Source: an uncultured beta proteobacterium
Lineage (GTDB): Bacteria; Pseudomonadota; Gammaproteobacteria; Burkholderiales; Gallionellaceae
Assembly (NCBI GenBank): GCA_963719855.1
Contig: CAVRDK010000004.1
Coordinates: forward strand, 938,776-1,002,775
Direction: 5' to 3'
Length of the DNA stretch: 64,000 bases
Shown here: positions 38,209-47,626 of the stretch, piece by piece
Position numbering within the stretch: the first letter of the stretch is position 1
How the letters are laid out: each line of letters opens with the position of its first letter
Program-made: the position numbers and the translations under genes
Notes under the pieces: model-generated
Database searches by the model: none
What the model was told of the DNA's origin: nothing
The model's input: only the letters and a program-made list of their open reading frames with translations

Positions 38209-39717
38209 ATGCAAAGTTATTTGAAACGTATCCTGACCGCCCGCGTCTATGACGTGGCCATCGAAAGCCCGCTGGAAGTCGCACCCAACCTGTCCGCGCG
38301 TATCGGCAACCATGTGCTGTTGAAGCGCGAAGACATGCAGCCGGTGTTTTCGTTCAAGCTGCGCGGCGCTTACAACAAGATGGCGCAATTGACTCCGGCG
38401 CAACTCAAGCACGGCGTGATCGCCGCCTCGGCAGGCAACCACGCGCAGGGCGTGGCACTTTCCGCAAAGAAGCTGGGCTGCAAGGCCATCATCGTGATGC
38501 CCGCCACCACGCCGCAAATCAAGCTGCAAGCGGTCGCCAGCCGGGGCGCTGAAGTAGTGCTGCACGGCGATTCGTATTCCGATGCCTACGCCCATGCGCT
38601 GGTGCTGGAGAAAAAACACAAGCTGACTTTTGTGCATCCCTACGACGATCCCGATGTAATCGCCGGGCAAGGCACCATCGGCATGGAAATCCTGCGCCAG
38701 CATAACCAGCCTATCCACGCCATCTTCTGCGCCATCGGCGGCGGCGGCCTGATCTCCGGCGTGGCGGCTTACGTCAAACAGGTGCGCCCGGACATCAAAA
38801 TCATCGGCGTGCAGCCGGTGGATTCCGATGCTATGTACCAGTCGCTCAAGAACCAGAAGCGCATGGTGCTTGAACATGTCGGCCTGTTTGCCGATGGCGT
38901 GGCGGTGAAGCAAGTCGGGCAGGAAACTTTCCGCCTGTGCCGCGAACTGGTTGACGAAGTCATTCTGGTGGACACCGATGCCATCTGTGCCGCGATCAAG
39001 GACGTGTTCGAAGATACCCGCTCTATCCTCGAACCGGCGGGCGCGCTCGCCATCGCCGGAGCCAAACTGTATGCGGCGCGCGAGAAGCTCAAGGACAAGA
39101 CACTGGTTGCAGTCGCCAGCGGCGCCAACATGAATTTCGACCGTCTGCGCTTCGTCTCCGAAAGCGCCGAAGTCGGCGAAAAGCGCGAAGCCATCCTCAC
39201 CGTCACCATCCCGGAAACGCCGGGCAGCTTCCGCGAATTCTGTTCTTTGCTGGGCAACCGCAACATCACCGAATTCAACTATCGTTACGCCGACTCCAAG
39301 GAAGCGCATGTGTTCGTTGGTGTGCAAGTGCGCGACCAGAGCGAGACCGCCAAACTGGTCGCTAGTCTGAAAAAGCACAAGTTGCGCACGCTGGATTTCA
39401 CCGACAACGAAATGGCCAAGCTGCACGTGCGCCATCTGGTTGGCGGCCGTGCTCCCGGTGCCAAGGACGAAATCATGTTCCGCTTCGAATTTCCGGAACG
39501 CCCCGGCGCGCTGATGAATTTCCTCAACAGCATGAACCACAACTGGAACATCAGCCTGTTCCACTATCGCAACCACGGTGCGGACTACGGTCGCGTGCTG
39601 GTCGGCATGCAAGTGCCGCACCACGACAAGAAAGCGTTGCGCACCTTCCTCGACACCCTCGGCTACCGCTACTGGGACGAGAGCGACAATCCGGCGTACC
39701 GGCTGTTTCTCGGATAA
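38209..39717 (+). CDS. ilvA: biosynthetic threonine dehydratase
   Basis: MQSYLKRILTARVYDVAIESPLE, PLP motif FSFKLRGAYN and C-terminal regulatory domains. ATG at 38209. Confidence 0.95.
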   Translation: MQSYLKRILTARVYDVAIESPLEVAPNLSARIGNHVLLKREDMQPVFSFKLRGAYNKMAQLTPAQLKHGVIAASAGNHAQGVALSAKKLGCKAIIVMPATTPQIKLQAVASRGAEVVLHGDSYSDAYAHALVLEKKHKLTFVHPYDDPDVIAGQGTIGMEILRQHNQPIHAIFCAIGGGGLISGVAAYVKQVRPDIKIIGVQPVDSDAMYQSLKNQKRMVLEHVGLFADGVAVKQVGQETFRLCRELVDEVILVDTDAICAAIKDVFEDTRSILEPAGALAIAGAKLYAAREKLKDKTLVAVASGANMNFDRLRFVSESAEVGEKREAILTVTIPETPGSFREFCSLLGNRNITEFNYRYADSKEAHVFVGVQVRDQSETAKLVASLKKHKLRTLDFTDNEMAKLHVRHLVGGRAPGAKDEIMFRFEFPERPGALMNFLNSMNHNWNISLFHYRNHGADYGRVLVGMQVPHHDKKALRTFLDTLGYRYWDESDNPAYRLFLG

Positions 39718-39749
39718 AATCTGCACATCGTAAGCATGGGAGGTGGAAA

Positions 39750-39974
39750 ATGAATGCTCGCATCACCATTGATCCCGCAATTTGCCATGGCAAACCTTGC
39801 ATTCGAGGGCTACGCTATCCGGTGAAGAATGTGCTCGAATGGCTGGCTAGCGGCATGAGGGTTGAGGAAATTCTCGCTGACTACGAAGATTTTGAACGTG
39901 AAGATATTCTCGCCACGCTTTCTTTTGCTGCGCGACTGGCGCACGTTAAACGGCTGGAACGTTTGGCCGCATGA
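39750..39974 (+). CDS. DUF433 domain protein (antitoxin-like small DNA-binding protein)
   Basis: 74 aa. [57 protein letters not shown] is a typical DUF433 sequence. Its stop overlaps the next start (ATGA). Confidence 0.75.
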   Translation: MNARITIDPAICHGKPCIRGLRYPVKNVLEWLASGMRVEEILADYEDFEREDILATLSFAARLAHVKRLERLAA

Positions 39975-41105
39975 AACTCGAATCTTTCAAGGCGGGCGTA
40001 TGGCGGCAGCAATACCAATACAAAAGTTTTCAGCCAACGCTGGTTAATCAGTTGTGGACGTGGGAAGACCCCGTCATTAACACGCTACTCGAACAAGCGA
40101 CCAAGGCACTGGGCGAGTTGAATGCTTTTTCGCTGATTGTGCCGGACATTGATTTGTTCATTGAGATGCACGTAGTAAAGGAAGCGCAAACTTCCAGCCG
40201 CATCGAGGGAACGCAGACCGGCATTGAAGATGCTTTGATGCCGGAAGAACAAATTCAGCCGGAGAAACGCGATGACTGGCGCGAGGTGCGCAATTACATC
40301 GAGGCGGTGAATGCTGCTGTTGCCGAGTTGAAAAATCTACCACTATCAAACCGTTTGTTGAAGCGAGCTCATGAGATTCTGATGCAGGGTGTGCGAGGAG
40401 AACATAAGTTGCCGGGGGAATTTCGCACCAGTCAGAAACTGGATCGGGGGTTCGAGTTTGACCGATGCGGTATTTATTCCCTCGCACCATCAGGATGTAC
40501 CGGACTTGATGGGTGATCTGGAAAAATTCTGGCATAACGAAGAAATCACTGTCCCGCATCTGGTACGCATTGCCATCAGCCATTATCAGTTTGAGACAAT
40601 TCACCCGTTTTGCGACGGCAATGGTCGTATTGGTCGTCTGTTGATTCCTTTGTACCTGATGAGTCATGGCTTGTTAGCAAAGCCTTCGCTTTACTTATCG
40701 GATTTCTTTGAGCGTAACCGAACCAGCTATTACGATGCATTGATGCGGGTGCGCCAAACCGGCGACTTGATTCACTGGATTCGATTTTTTCTAAAGGGCG
40801 TGGAAGAGACATCCACCAAGGGGCGCGACACGTTTCAGAAAATTCTTGCTCTGCGCACCGAGGTGGAGCAAAAAATTTTGGGGCTGGGGAAGCGCGCGCC
40901 GAATGCGCGGCGAGCACTCAACCTGCTTTACCAAAGGCCGGTAATTGTGGCATCCCATCTGGAGCGCGAATTGGAAATCAGTACGCCTGCGGCGAATGCC
41001 CTGATTCGTGACTTGGGTAATTTGGGTATCGTGACCGAGATATCCGGGCGACAAAAGGGACGGGTATATGCGTTTGAACGTTACCTTAATCTGTTCGTAA
41101 GTTAA
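39971..41105 (+). pseudogene. Fic family protein (Fic_N + Fic + C-terminal wHTH), single frameshift
   Basis: The inhibitory-helix motif SSRIEG lies in the N-terminal part and the active site HPFCDGNGRIGRLL in the second ORF. The frames join at GEFRTSQ/NWIGGSS. An extra A sits in the A-run 40436-40438. Confidence 0.75.
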
Positions 41106-41308
41106 CGGAAATCAATTTGCGTTAACTTACGAAGGAGCTAAGGAAACGTTGGATCGAGAGTAAAAATACCGATTTGTTTATCCAACATATTGACTAATAT
41201 AAAATAAATATCAGAAAAGGCCTTTGAATCTTACCTTGAGCAAATGCTGACCGAGGTGCAATGCTCTTAGAGCGCACCATAACCTACGCGAACAATCATG
41301 AATAACTC

Positions 41309-44119
41309 ATGCCATTAAGCTGGAACGAAATCCGCAACCGTGCCCACGAATTCTCCAAGCGCTGGGAACATGAAACCTCGGAAGATGCCGAGGCCAAACC
41401 ATTCTGGACGGAGTTCTTCAACGTCTTCGGCATAGACCGCAAGCGCGTCGCCAGCTTCGAGGAGCCGGTCAAAAAACTCGGCGACAAGCAAGGCTATATC
41501 GACCTATTCTGGAAAGGCATGCTGCTGGTCGAGCACAAGTCGCGCGGCAAGGATTTGGACAAAGCCTACACACAGGCGCTCGATTACTTCCCCGGCATCA
41601 AAGAACGCGACCTGCCAAAATACGTGCTGGTATCCGACTTCGCCCGCTTTCGTCTGTACGACCTGGAAGAAGGCACGCAACAAGAATTCAAACTCGCCGA
41701 TCTGCACAAGCGCATCAAGCATTTCGCCTTTATCGCTGGTTACCGCACACAAACCATCGCGCCGCAAAACCCGGTCAACATCAAAGCCGCCGAGCGCATG
41801 GGCAAGCTGCACGATGCGCTCAAGGCGGCGGGCTATGCAGGCCATCCGCTCGAAGTGCTGCTGGTGCGCCTGCTGTTCTGCCTGTTCGCGGAAGACACCG
41901 GCATCTTCCAGCCCGCCAGCGCCTTCCGTGCCTGGATAGAAGAGCGCACCGCGCCCGATGGCTCCGATCTCGGGCCGCAGCTCGCGCAATTATTCCAGGT
42001 GCTCAACACGCCGGAAAACCGCCGCGCGAAAATGCTGGACGAACAGAGCGCCGCCTTCCCCTACGTCAACGGCAAACTGTTCGAGGAAATGCTGCCCATC
42101 GCCTCCTTCGATCTCGCCATGCGCGAAGCCCTGCTCGATTGCTGCGCGCTCGACTGGAGCGCAATCTCGCCCGCCATCTTTGGCGCGCTGTTCCAGAGCA
42201 TCATGGATGCCAAGGCGCGACGCAACATCGGCGCGCACTACACCAGCGAAGAAAATATCCTCAAACTCATTCAGCCGCTGTTCTTGGACAGCCTATGGGA
42301 AGAATTTAACCGCGTAAAAAGTAACAAGAACAAGCTGTTCGAGTTCCATAAAAAACTGCGCACGCTGACCTTCTTCGACCCCGCCTGCGGCTGCGGCAAC
42401 TTCCTGGTGATCGCCTACCGCGAGCTGCGCAAGCTGGAACTGGACGTGTTGCGCACCGTGCATGAAGGTCCCGGCTCGCGCTTCCTCGACATCCATCAGG
42501 AAATCAGCGTAGACGTAGATCAGTTCTACGGCATCGAGATCGAAGAATTCCCGGCGCAAATCGCGCAAGTCGCAATGTGGCTGATGGATCACCAGATGAA
42601 CGTGCGCGTGTCCGAAGAATTCGGCATGTACTTCGCGCGCATCCCGCTCAAGACCTCGCCGCACATTGTTAACGGCAACGCGCTTAGGATTGAATGGAAC
42701 GATGTGCTGCCAGCGGAGCGGGCAAGTTATGTGTTGGGAAATCCGCCGTTCATAGGTAAACAGATTCAAAACACCCAACAAAAAGACGACATGGAGCGCA
42801 TTTTCCACAGCATGAAAGGTGCGGGCGTGCTGGATTACGTCGCTGCATGGTATGTAAAAGCAGCGCGGTATATGAATACCGTTCGCCCTGAGCTTGTCGA
42901 AGGGCTGCGCGCCGCTCATGCTTCGACAAGCTCAGCACGAACGGAAATTCGTTGTGCTTTCGTCTCCACCAACTCCATCACCCAAGGTGAACAGGTGGGC
43001 GTGCTGTGGAGTTGGCTGCTCGCGCAAGGTATCCACATCCATTTCGCTCATCGCACTTTTCAGTGGAGCAACGAAGCAAAAGGTATGGCGGCGGTGCATT
43101 GCGTCATCATCGGCTTCGGTACGTTCGACGTGGAGAAAAAAGCAATTTACGAATATGCGGACATCTGCAGCGAATCGCACGCCGTCGTCGCACGCAACAT
43201 CAATCCCTATCTGGTGGACGCGCCAAACGTGAGCCTGGCTAATCGCCGCCAGCCTATTTCGCCAGTGCCGGAAATCGTATTTGGCAGTATGCCCAATGAT
43301 GGAGGGCATTTGCTGCTGACCGATGCTGAAAAGCACGAGTTACTCTCAAAGGAGCCAGCCGCAGGAAAATATGTCCGCCCATTCATGAGCGCGAAAGAAT
43401 TTCTCAACAACGAACAACGCTGGTGCTTATGGCTCGTGGATATTGCTCCGCATGAACTGCGGCAACTGCCGGAAATTGCGCGGCGCGTGCAGGCGGTAAA
43501 ACAACTGCGCGAAGCCAGTGATCGTCCGACCACGCGCGAACTGGCGGCATTCCCAACTTTGTTTGGGGAGAATCGCCAGCCAACATCGCACTACGTTCTT
43601 GTGCCAAGGCACTCATCCGAGAACCGTTCCTATATTCCTTGCGGTTTTTTCGATGAAAATTACGTTGCCGCAGATAGCTGCCTTGCCATTCCCAACGCCA
43701 CGCTCTATCACTTCGGCATCCTCACTTCCATCATGCACATGGCGTGGGTGCGCTTCACCTGCGGACGACTAGAAAGCCGTTACCGCTATTCGGCGGGCAT
43801 CGTCTATAACAACTACCCGTGGCCTGACGAGCCGACAGACAAACAGCGCGCAACCGTAGAAACCGCCGCACAAGCCGTGCTGGATGCCCGCGCACAATTT
43901 CCGCAAAGCTCGCTCGCCGACCTCTACGACCCGCTCACCATGCCGCCCCCACTGGTCAAAGCCCATCATGCCCTCGACCGCGCCGTGGACACCTGCTACC
44001 GCAAAGCGGCCTTCACAAACGATGCACAGCGCGTGGAATTCCTGTTCGAGCGCTACCAGCAACTCACCAGCCTGTTGCCGACGGATAAATCCGCCAAGGC
44101 TCAAAAGAAAAGGCCGTGA
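41309..44119 (+). CDS. MmeI-family type IIL restriction-modification enzyme (endonuclease + N6-adenine methyltransferase + TRD)
   Basis: 936 aa, collinear from recollection with MmeI: MPLSWNEIRNRAHEFSKRWE, nuclease IDLFW...LLVEHKSRGKDLDKAYTQALDYF, FFDPACGCGNFLV, NPPF motif VLGNPPFIGK, IRCAFVSTNSITQGEQV and GRLESRYRYSAGIVYNNYPWP. Confidence 0.9.
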   Translation: MPLSWNEIRNRAHEFSKRWEHETSEDAEAKPFWTEFFNVFGIDRKRVASFEEPVKKLGDKQGYIDLFWKGMLLVEHKSRGKDLDKAYTQALDYFPGIKERDLPKYVLVSDFARFRLYDLEEGTQQEFKLADLHKRIKHFAFIAGYRTQTIAPQNPVNIKAAERMGKLHDALKAAGYAGHPLEVLLVRLLFCLFAEDTGIFQPASAFRAWIEERTAPDGSDLGPQLAQLFQVLNTPENRRAKMLDEQSAAFPYVNGKLFEEMLPIASFDLAMREALLDCCALDWSAISPAIFGALFQSIMDAKARRNIGAHYTSEENILKLIQPLFLDSLWEEFNRVKSNKNKLFEFHKKLRTLTFFDPACGCGNFLVIAYRELRKLELDVLRTVHEGPGSRFLDIHQEISVDVDQFYGIEIEEFPAQIAQVAMWLMDHQMNVRVSEEFGMYFARIPLKTSPHIVNGNALRIEWNDVLPAERASYVLGNPPFIGKQIQNTQQKDDMERIFHSMKGAGVLDYVAAWYVKAARYMNTVRPELVEGLRAAHASTSSARTEIRCAFVSTNSITQGEQVGVLWSWLLAQGIHIHFAHRTFQWSNEAKGMAAVHCVIIGFGTFDVEKKAIYEYADICSESHAVVARNINPYLVDAPNVSLANRRQPISPVPEIVFGSMPNDGGHLLLTDAEKHELLSKEPAAGKYVRPFMSAKEFLNNEQRWCLWLVDIAPHELRQLPEIARRVQAVKQLREASDRPTTRELAAFPTLFGENRQPTSHYVLVPRHSSENRSYIPCGFFDENYVAADSCLAIPNATLYHFGILTSIMHMAWVRFTCGRLESRYRYSAGIVYNNYPWPDEPTDKQRATVETAAQAVLDARAQFPQSSLADLYDPLTMPPPLVKAHHALDRAVDTCYRKAAFTNDAQRVEFLFERYQQLTSLLPTDKSAKAQKKRP
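42879..42944. repeat. 66-bp palindromic REP inserted in frame in the MmeI-like gene
   Basis: CCGTTCGCCCTGAGCTTGTCGAAG...CTTCGACAAGCTCAGCACGAACGG. It adds 22 codons (VRPELVEGLRAAHASTSSART) where MmeI itself reads ...TNANIRCAF. Confidence 0.75.
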
Positions 44120-44241
44120 CCGTGAGCAAAGATGCTGACTTTCCAGAAACGTAGGATGTGGTGAGGAACGAACCGCATCAATCGCGAACGATGCGGTTGT
44201 CACCGCATCCTACTGCGCTGTGGTAGCGCGAAGGCACAACC

Positions 44242-44850
44242 ATGACAACGCAAGGGCTGAAACAATCCATCCGGCAACGTATACTCTCCGAACGCGAACA
44301 TCTGTCCGCCGGGTTGCGGGCGCAGTACAGCGCCGAGATCGTACAACGCATCGTACAGTTACCGGAATATCAGACGGCGCGCGTGGTGCTTGGCTACATG
44401 AATTTTGGTGCGGAATTCGAGAGCGAACTCTGGGTGCGGCAGGTGCTGGCGGATGGCAAGCAGTTGCTGCTACCCAAGGTGAACCGCGCCACGAATGAGC
44501 TGGATGTATATCGTGTAACAAACTTGTCGCATGATCTGGCACCCGGCCTATGGAATATCCGCGAGCCGTTGCCTGGCCGCTGCACCAAGGTGGATGCGCT
44601 GGAGCAAGTGGATTTCATCCTGCTGCCCGGTGTGGCCTTCGGACGCGACGGCGCGCGGCTGGGCTACGGTGGCGGTTTTTACGACAAACTGATAGCGCGA
44701 CTGGATGAAAATAGCGGGGTAGCGCACAGTCTTGCGCTGGTCGCTGGTGCATATTCCATGCAGCTCGTCGAGGGCATTCCACAGGAAGCCACCGATTGCA
44801 AGGTGCAATGGCTGGTGACGGAAAACGAAACCATTAATTGCGGCAGGTAG
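44242..44850 (+). CDS. 5-formyltetrahydrofolate cyclo-ligase
   Basis: 202 aa with LLLPKV...WNIREP...DFILLPGVAFGRDGARLGYGGGFYDK. Confidence 0.85.
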   Translation: MTTQGLKQSIRQRILSEREHLSAGLRAQYSAEIVQRIVQLPEYQTARVVLGYMNFGAEFESELWVRQVLADGKQLLLPKVNRATNELDVYRVTNLSHDLAPGLWNIREPLPGRCTKVDALEQVDFILLPGVAFGRDGARLGYGGGFYDKLIARLDENSGVAHSLALVAGAYSMQLVEGIPQEATDCKVQWLVTENETINCGR

Positions 44851-44918
44851 GGTGTGCAGGGAATTTTCTGCCCACACGATTATGAATCCGCGTGGGCACG
44901 AAGGCGTGTCCACCCTAC
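44847..44918. repeat. REP element (GTAGGGTGTGCAGGG ... GTGTCCACCCTAC)
   Basis: GTAG-headed imperfect palindrome with internal GCCCAC/GTGGGC arms. The cyclo-ligase stop TAG lies in its first 4 bases. It is related to 56001-56062. Confidence 0.65.
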
Positions 44919-44946
44919 CAAACTTGAGGTAATGGAAAGCTGAAGA

Positions 44947-47625
44947 ATGGCAAATTTACCCGACATCGATGCATCCGATTCCGACCCGCTAGAAACTCAA
45001 GAGTGGCTGGATGCGCTCGATTCCGTGCTGCATAACGAAGGCCCGGAACGCGCCCAATACCTGATCAGTTTGTTGATCGACAAGGCGCATCTGGTTAGCA
45101 CCGACTTGCAAATCTGCGCGATGTCGCCTTACATGAACACCATCCCGCACGACCAAGAAGAACGTTCCAGCGGCAGCCATGAGTTGGAACATCGCATCTG
45201 CGCACTGATGCGATGGAATGCGATGGCGCTGGTGATGAACGCTAACCGCGAATCGTCCGAACTGGGCGGCCACATCGCCACCTTCGCTTCGGCGGCCAAG
45301 CTGTACGACGTGGGCTTCAACCATTTTTTCCACGGCAAGACCGACACGCATGGCGGCGATCTGGTGTATTTTCAGGGACACTCCTCGCCCGGCATGTATG
45401 CGCGCGCCTTCCTCGAAGGACGCCTCAGCGAAGAACAGATGTACAAGTTCCGCCAGGAAGTGGACGGTGGCGGCCTGTCCTCTTACCCGCATCCATGGCT
45501 GATGCCAAACTTCTGGCAATTCCCCACGGTATCCATGGGACTGGGGCCACTCATGGCGATTTATCAGGCGCGTTTCATGCGCTACCTGCAACATCGCGGC
45601 CTCGCCAATACCGATGGACGCAAGGTATGGGCCTTCGTTGGCGACGGCGAAACCGATGAGCCGGAATCGCTGGGAGCGATTTCCATGGCCGGGCGCGAAA
45701 AGCTCGACAATCTGATTTTCGTGGTCAATTGTAATTTGCAGCGGCTGGATGGCCCGGTGCGCGGCAATGGCAAGATCATTCAGGAACTGGAAGGCGTGTT
45801 TCGCGGCGCGGGCTGGAATGTAATCAAGCTGGTCTGGGGCGGCAAGTGGGATCGCCTGCTGGACAAGGACAAGAGCGGGCTGCTGCTCAAGCGTATGGAT
45901 GAAGTGGTGGACGGCGAATACCAGACTTACAAGGCCAGGGACGGAGCTTACGTGCGTCAGCATTTCTTCGGCAAATATCCCGAGTTGCTGGATCTGGTTG
46001 CTGACATGTCAGATGATGAAATATGGCGTCTCAACCGTGGCGGTCACGATCCGTATAAAGTGTACGCGGCCTACGCGGCAGCGGTGAAGCATACGGGCCA
46101 GCCTACCGTCATCCTGGCCAAGACGGTCAAGGGTTACGGCATGGGCGCTTCCGGCGAGGCGCAGAACCCGACTCATCAGCAGAAGAAGATGGACGTGGAA
46201 TCGCTACGCAGTTTCCGCGACCGCTTTAACATTCCGGTGACCGATGAACAATTGCCGCAACTGCCATTCTGCCGTCCGGCGGAAGACAGCCAGGAAATGA
46301 AATACCTGCGCGAGCGTATGGCCGCGATGGGCACGGTACCGTTACGCAAGCCGTTAGCGCAGCCTTTGCAAATACCGGGGCTGGATGCCTTCGAGGTGTT
46401 GCTGAAAGGCACGGATGACCGTGAAATTTCTACCACGATGGCATTCGTGCGTATGCTCGGCATACTGGTGAAGGACAAGAACATCGGCAAACAAATTGTG
46501 CCCATCGTGCCGGACGAATCGCGCACCTTCGGCATGGAAGGCATGTTCCGCCAGCTTGGTATTTTCTCGCAGGTGGGCCAGCTTTACACGCCGCAGGATG
46601 CCGACCAACTGATGTTTTACAAGGAGTCCGAGACCGGGCAAATTTTGCAGGAAGGCATCAACGAAGCGGGCGGCATGGCCGACTGGATTGCCGCCGCCAC
46701 TTCCTACGCCAATCACGGCACGGCGATGATCCCCTTCTTTATCTATTACTCTATGTTCGGTTTCCAGCGCGTCGGCGACCTCGCCTGGGCGGCGGGCGAC
46801 ATGCGCTCGCGCGGATTCCTGATGGGCGGCACCGCCGGACGCACGACGCTGAACGGCGAAGGCTTGCAGCATCAGGACGGCCACAGCCACATCCAGGCGT
46901 CGTTGATTCCCAACTGCGTGTCCTACGATCCGACCTTTGCCTACGAAGTGGCGGTCATCATTCATGACGGCATGCGTCGCATGCATGTCGAACAGGAAGA
47001 TGTGTTTTATTACATTACGGTGATGAATGAAAACTATGTCCACCCGGCCATGCCAAAAGGCATGGAGATGGGCATCATCAAGGGGATGTATCTCTTGAAT
47101 GAAAGAACAAGAAGAGGGCAAGGGAAAAAACCGGCGGTGCAGTTGATGGGCAGCGGGACGATTTTGCGCGAAGTGATCGCGGCGGCAGAATTGCTGGAGA
47201 AGGATTTCGGCGTGTCCGCCGACGTATGGAGCGTGACCAGTTTCAACGAACTGCGCCGCGAGGGGTTGGACTGCGAGCGCTGGAACATGTTGCATCCGGA
47301 AGCCAATCGGCGCGCGAGTTATGTCGAGCAATGTCTGGCTGATCGTAGCGGCCCGGTAATTGCCGCTACCGATTACATCAAGGCCTATGCCGACCAGATA
47401 CGTCCCTACATTCCGGGGCGTTACAAGGTGTTGGGTACGGACGGTTTCGGGCGTTCTGACACGCGCAAAAAGCTGCGCCATTTCTTCGAAGTGGATCGCT
47501 ATTACGTTGCAGTCGCCGCGCTGAAAGCACTGGCAGACGAGGGCACAATCAACGCGAAGGAAGTCAGCAAGGCGATCAAACTATACAAAATCAATCCCGA
47601 CAAACCTAATCCAGTGACGGTCTAA
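44947..47625 (+). CDS. aceE: pyruvate dehydrogenase E1 component (homodimeric type)
   Basis: 892 aa with the ThDP motif FVGDGETDEPES. It is typical AceE length and sequence throughout. Confidence 0.95.
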   Translation: MANLPDIDASDSDPLETQEWLDALDSVLHNEGPERAQYLISLLIDKAHLVSTDLQICAMSPYMNTIPHDQEERSSGSHELEHRICALMRWNAMALVMNANRESSELGGHIATFASAAKLYDVGFNHFFHGKTDTHGGDLVYFQGHSSPGMYARAFLEGRLSEEQMYKFRQEVDGGGLSSYPHPWLMPNFWQFPTVSMGLGPLMAIYQARFMRYLQHRGLANTDGRKVWAFVGDGETDEPESLGAISMAGREKLDNLIFVVNCNLQRLDGPVRGNGKIIQELEGVFRGAGWNVIKLVWGGKWDRLLDKDKSGLLLKRMDEVVDGEYQTYKARDGAYVRQHFFGKYPELLDLVADMSDDEIWRLNRGGHDPYKVYAAYAAAVKHTGQPTVILAKTVKGYGMGASGEAQNPTHQQKKMDVESLRSFRDRFNIPVTDEQLPQLPFCRPAEDSQEMKYLRERMAAMGTVPLRKPLAQPLQIPGLDAFEVLLKGTDDREISTTMAFVRMLGILVKDKNIGKQIVPIVPDESRTFGMEGMFRQLGIFSQVGQLYTPQDADQLMFYKESETGQILQEGINEAGGMADWIAAATSYANHGTAMIPFFIYYSMFGFQRVGDLAWAAGDMRSRGFLMGGTAGRTTLNGEGLQHQDGHSHIQASLIPNCVSYDPTFAYEVAVIIHDGMRRMHVEQEDVFYYITVMNENYVHPAMPKGMEMGIIKGMYLLNERTRRGQGKKPAVQLMGSGTILREVIAAAELLEKDFGVSADVWSVTSFNELRREGLDCERWNMLHPEANRRASYVEQCLADRSGPVIAATDYIKAYADQIRPYIPGRYKVLGTDGFGRSDTRKKLRHFFEVDRYYVAVAALKALADEGTINAKEVSKAIKLYKINPDKPNPVTV

Positions 47626-47626
47626 C

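Noticed and set aside
38188-39726. 512-aa minus-strand ORF opposite ilvA
   Set aside because: It is a shadow ORF of a highly conserved gene, with no recognisable motifs and biased composition.
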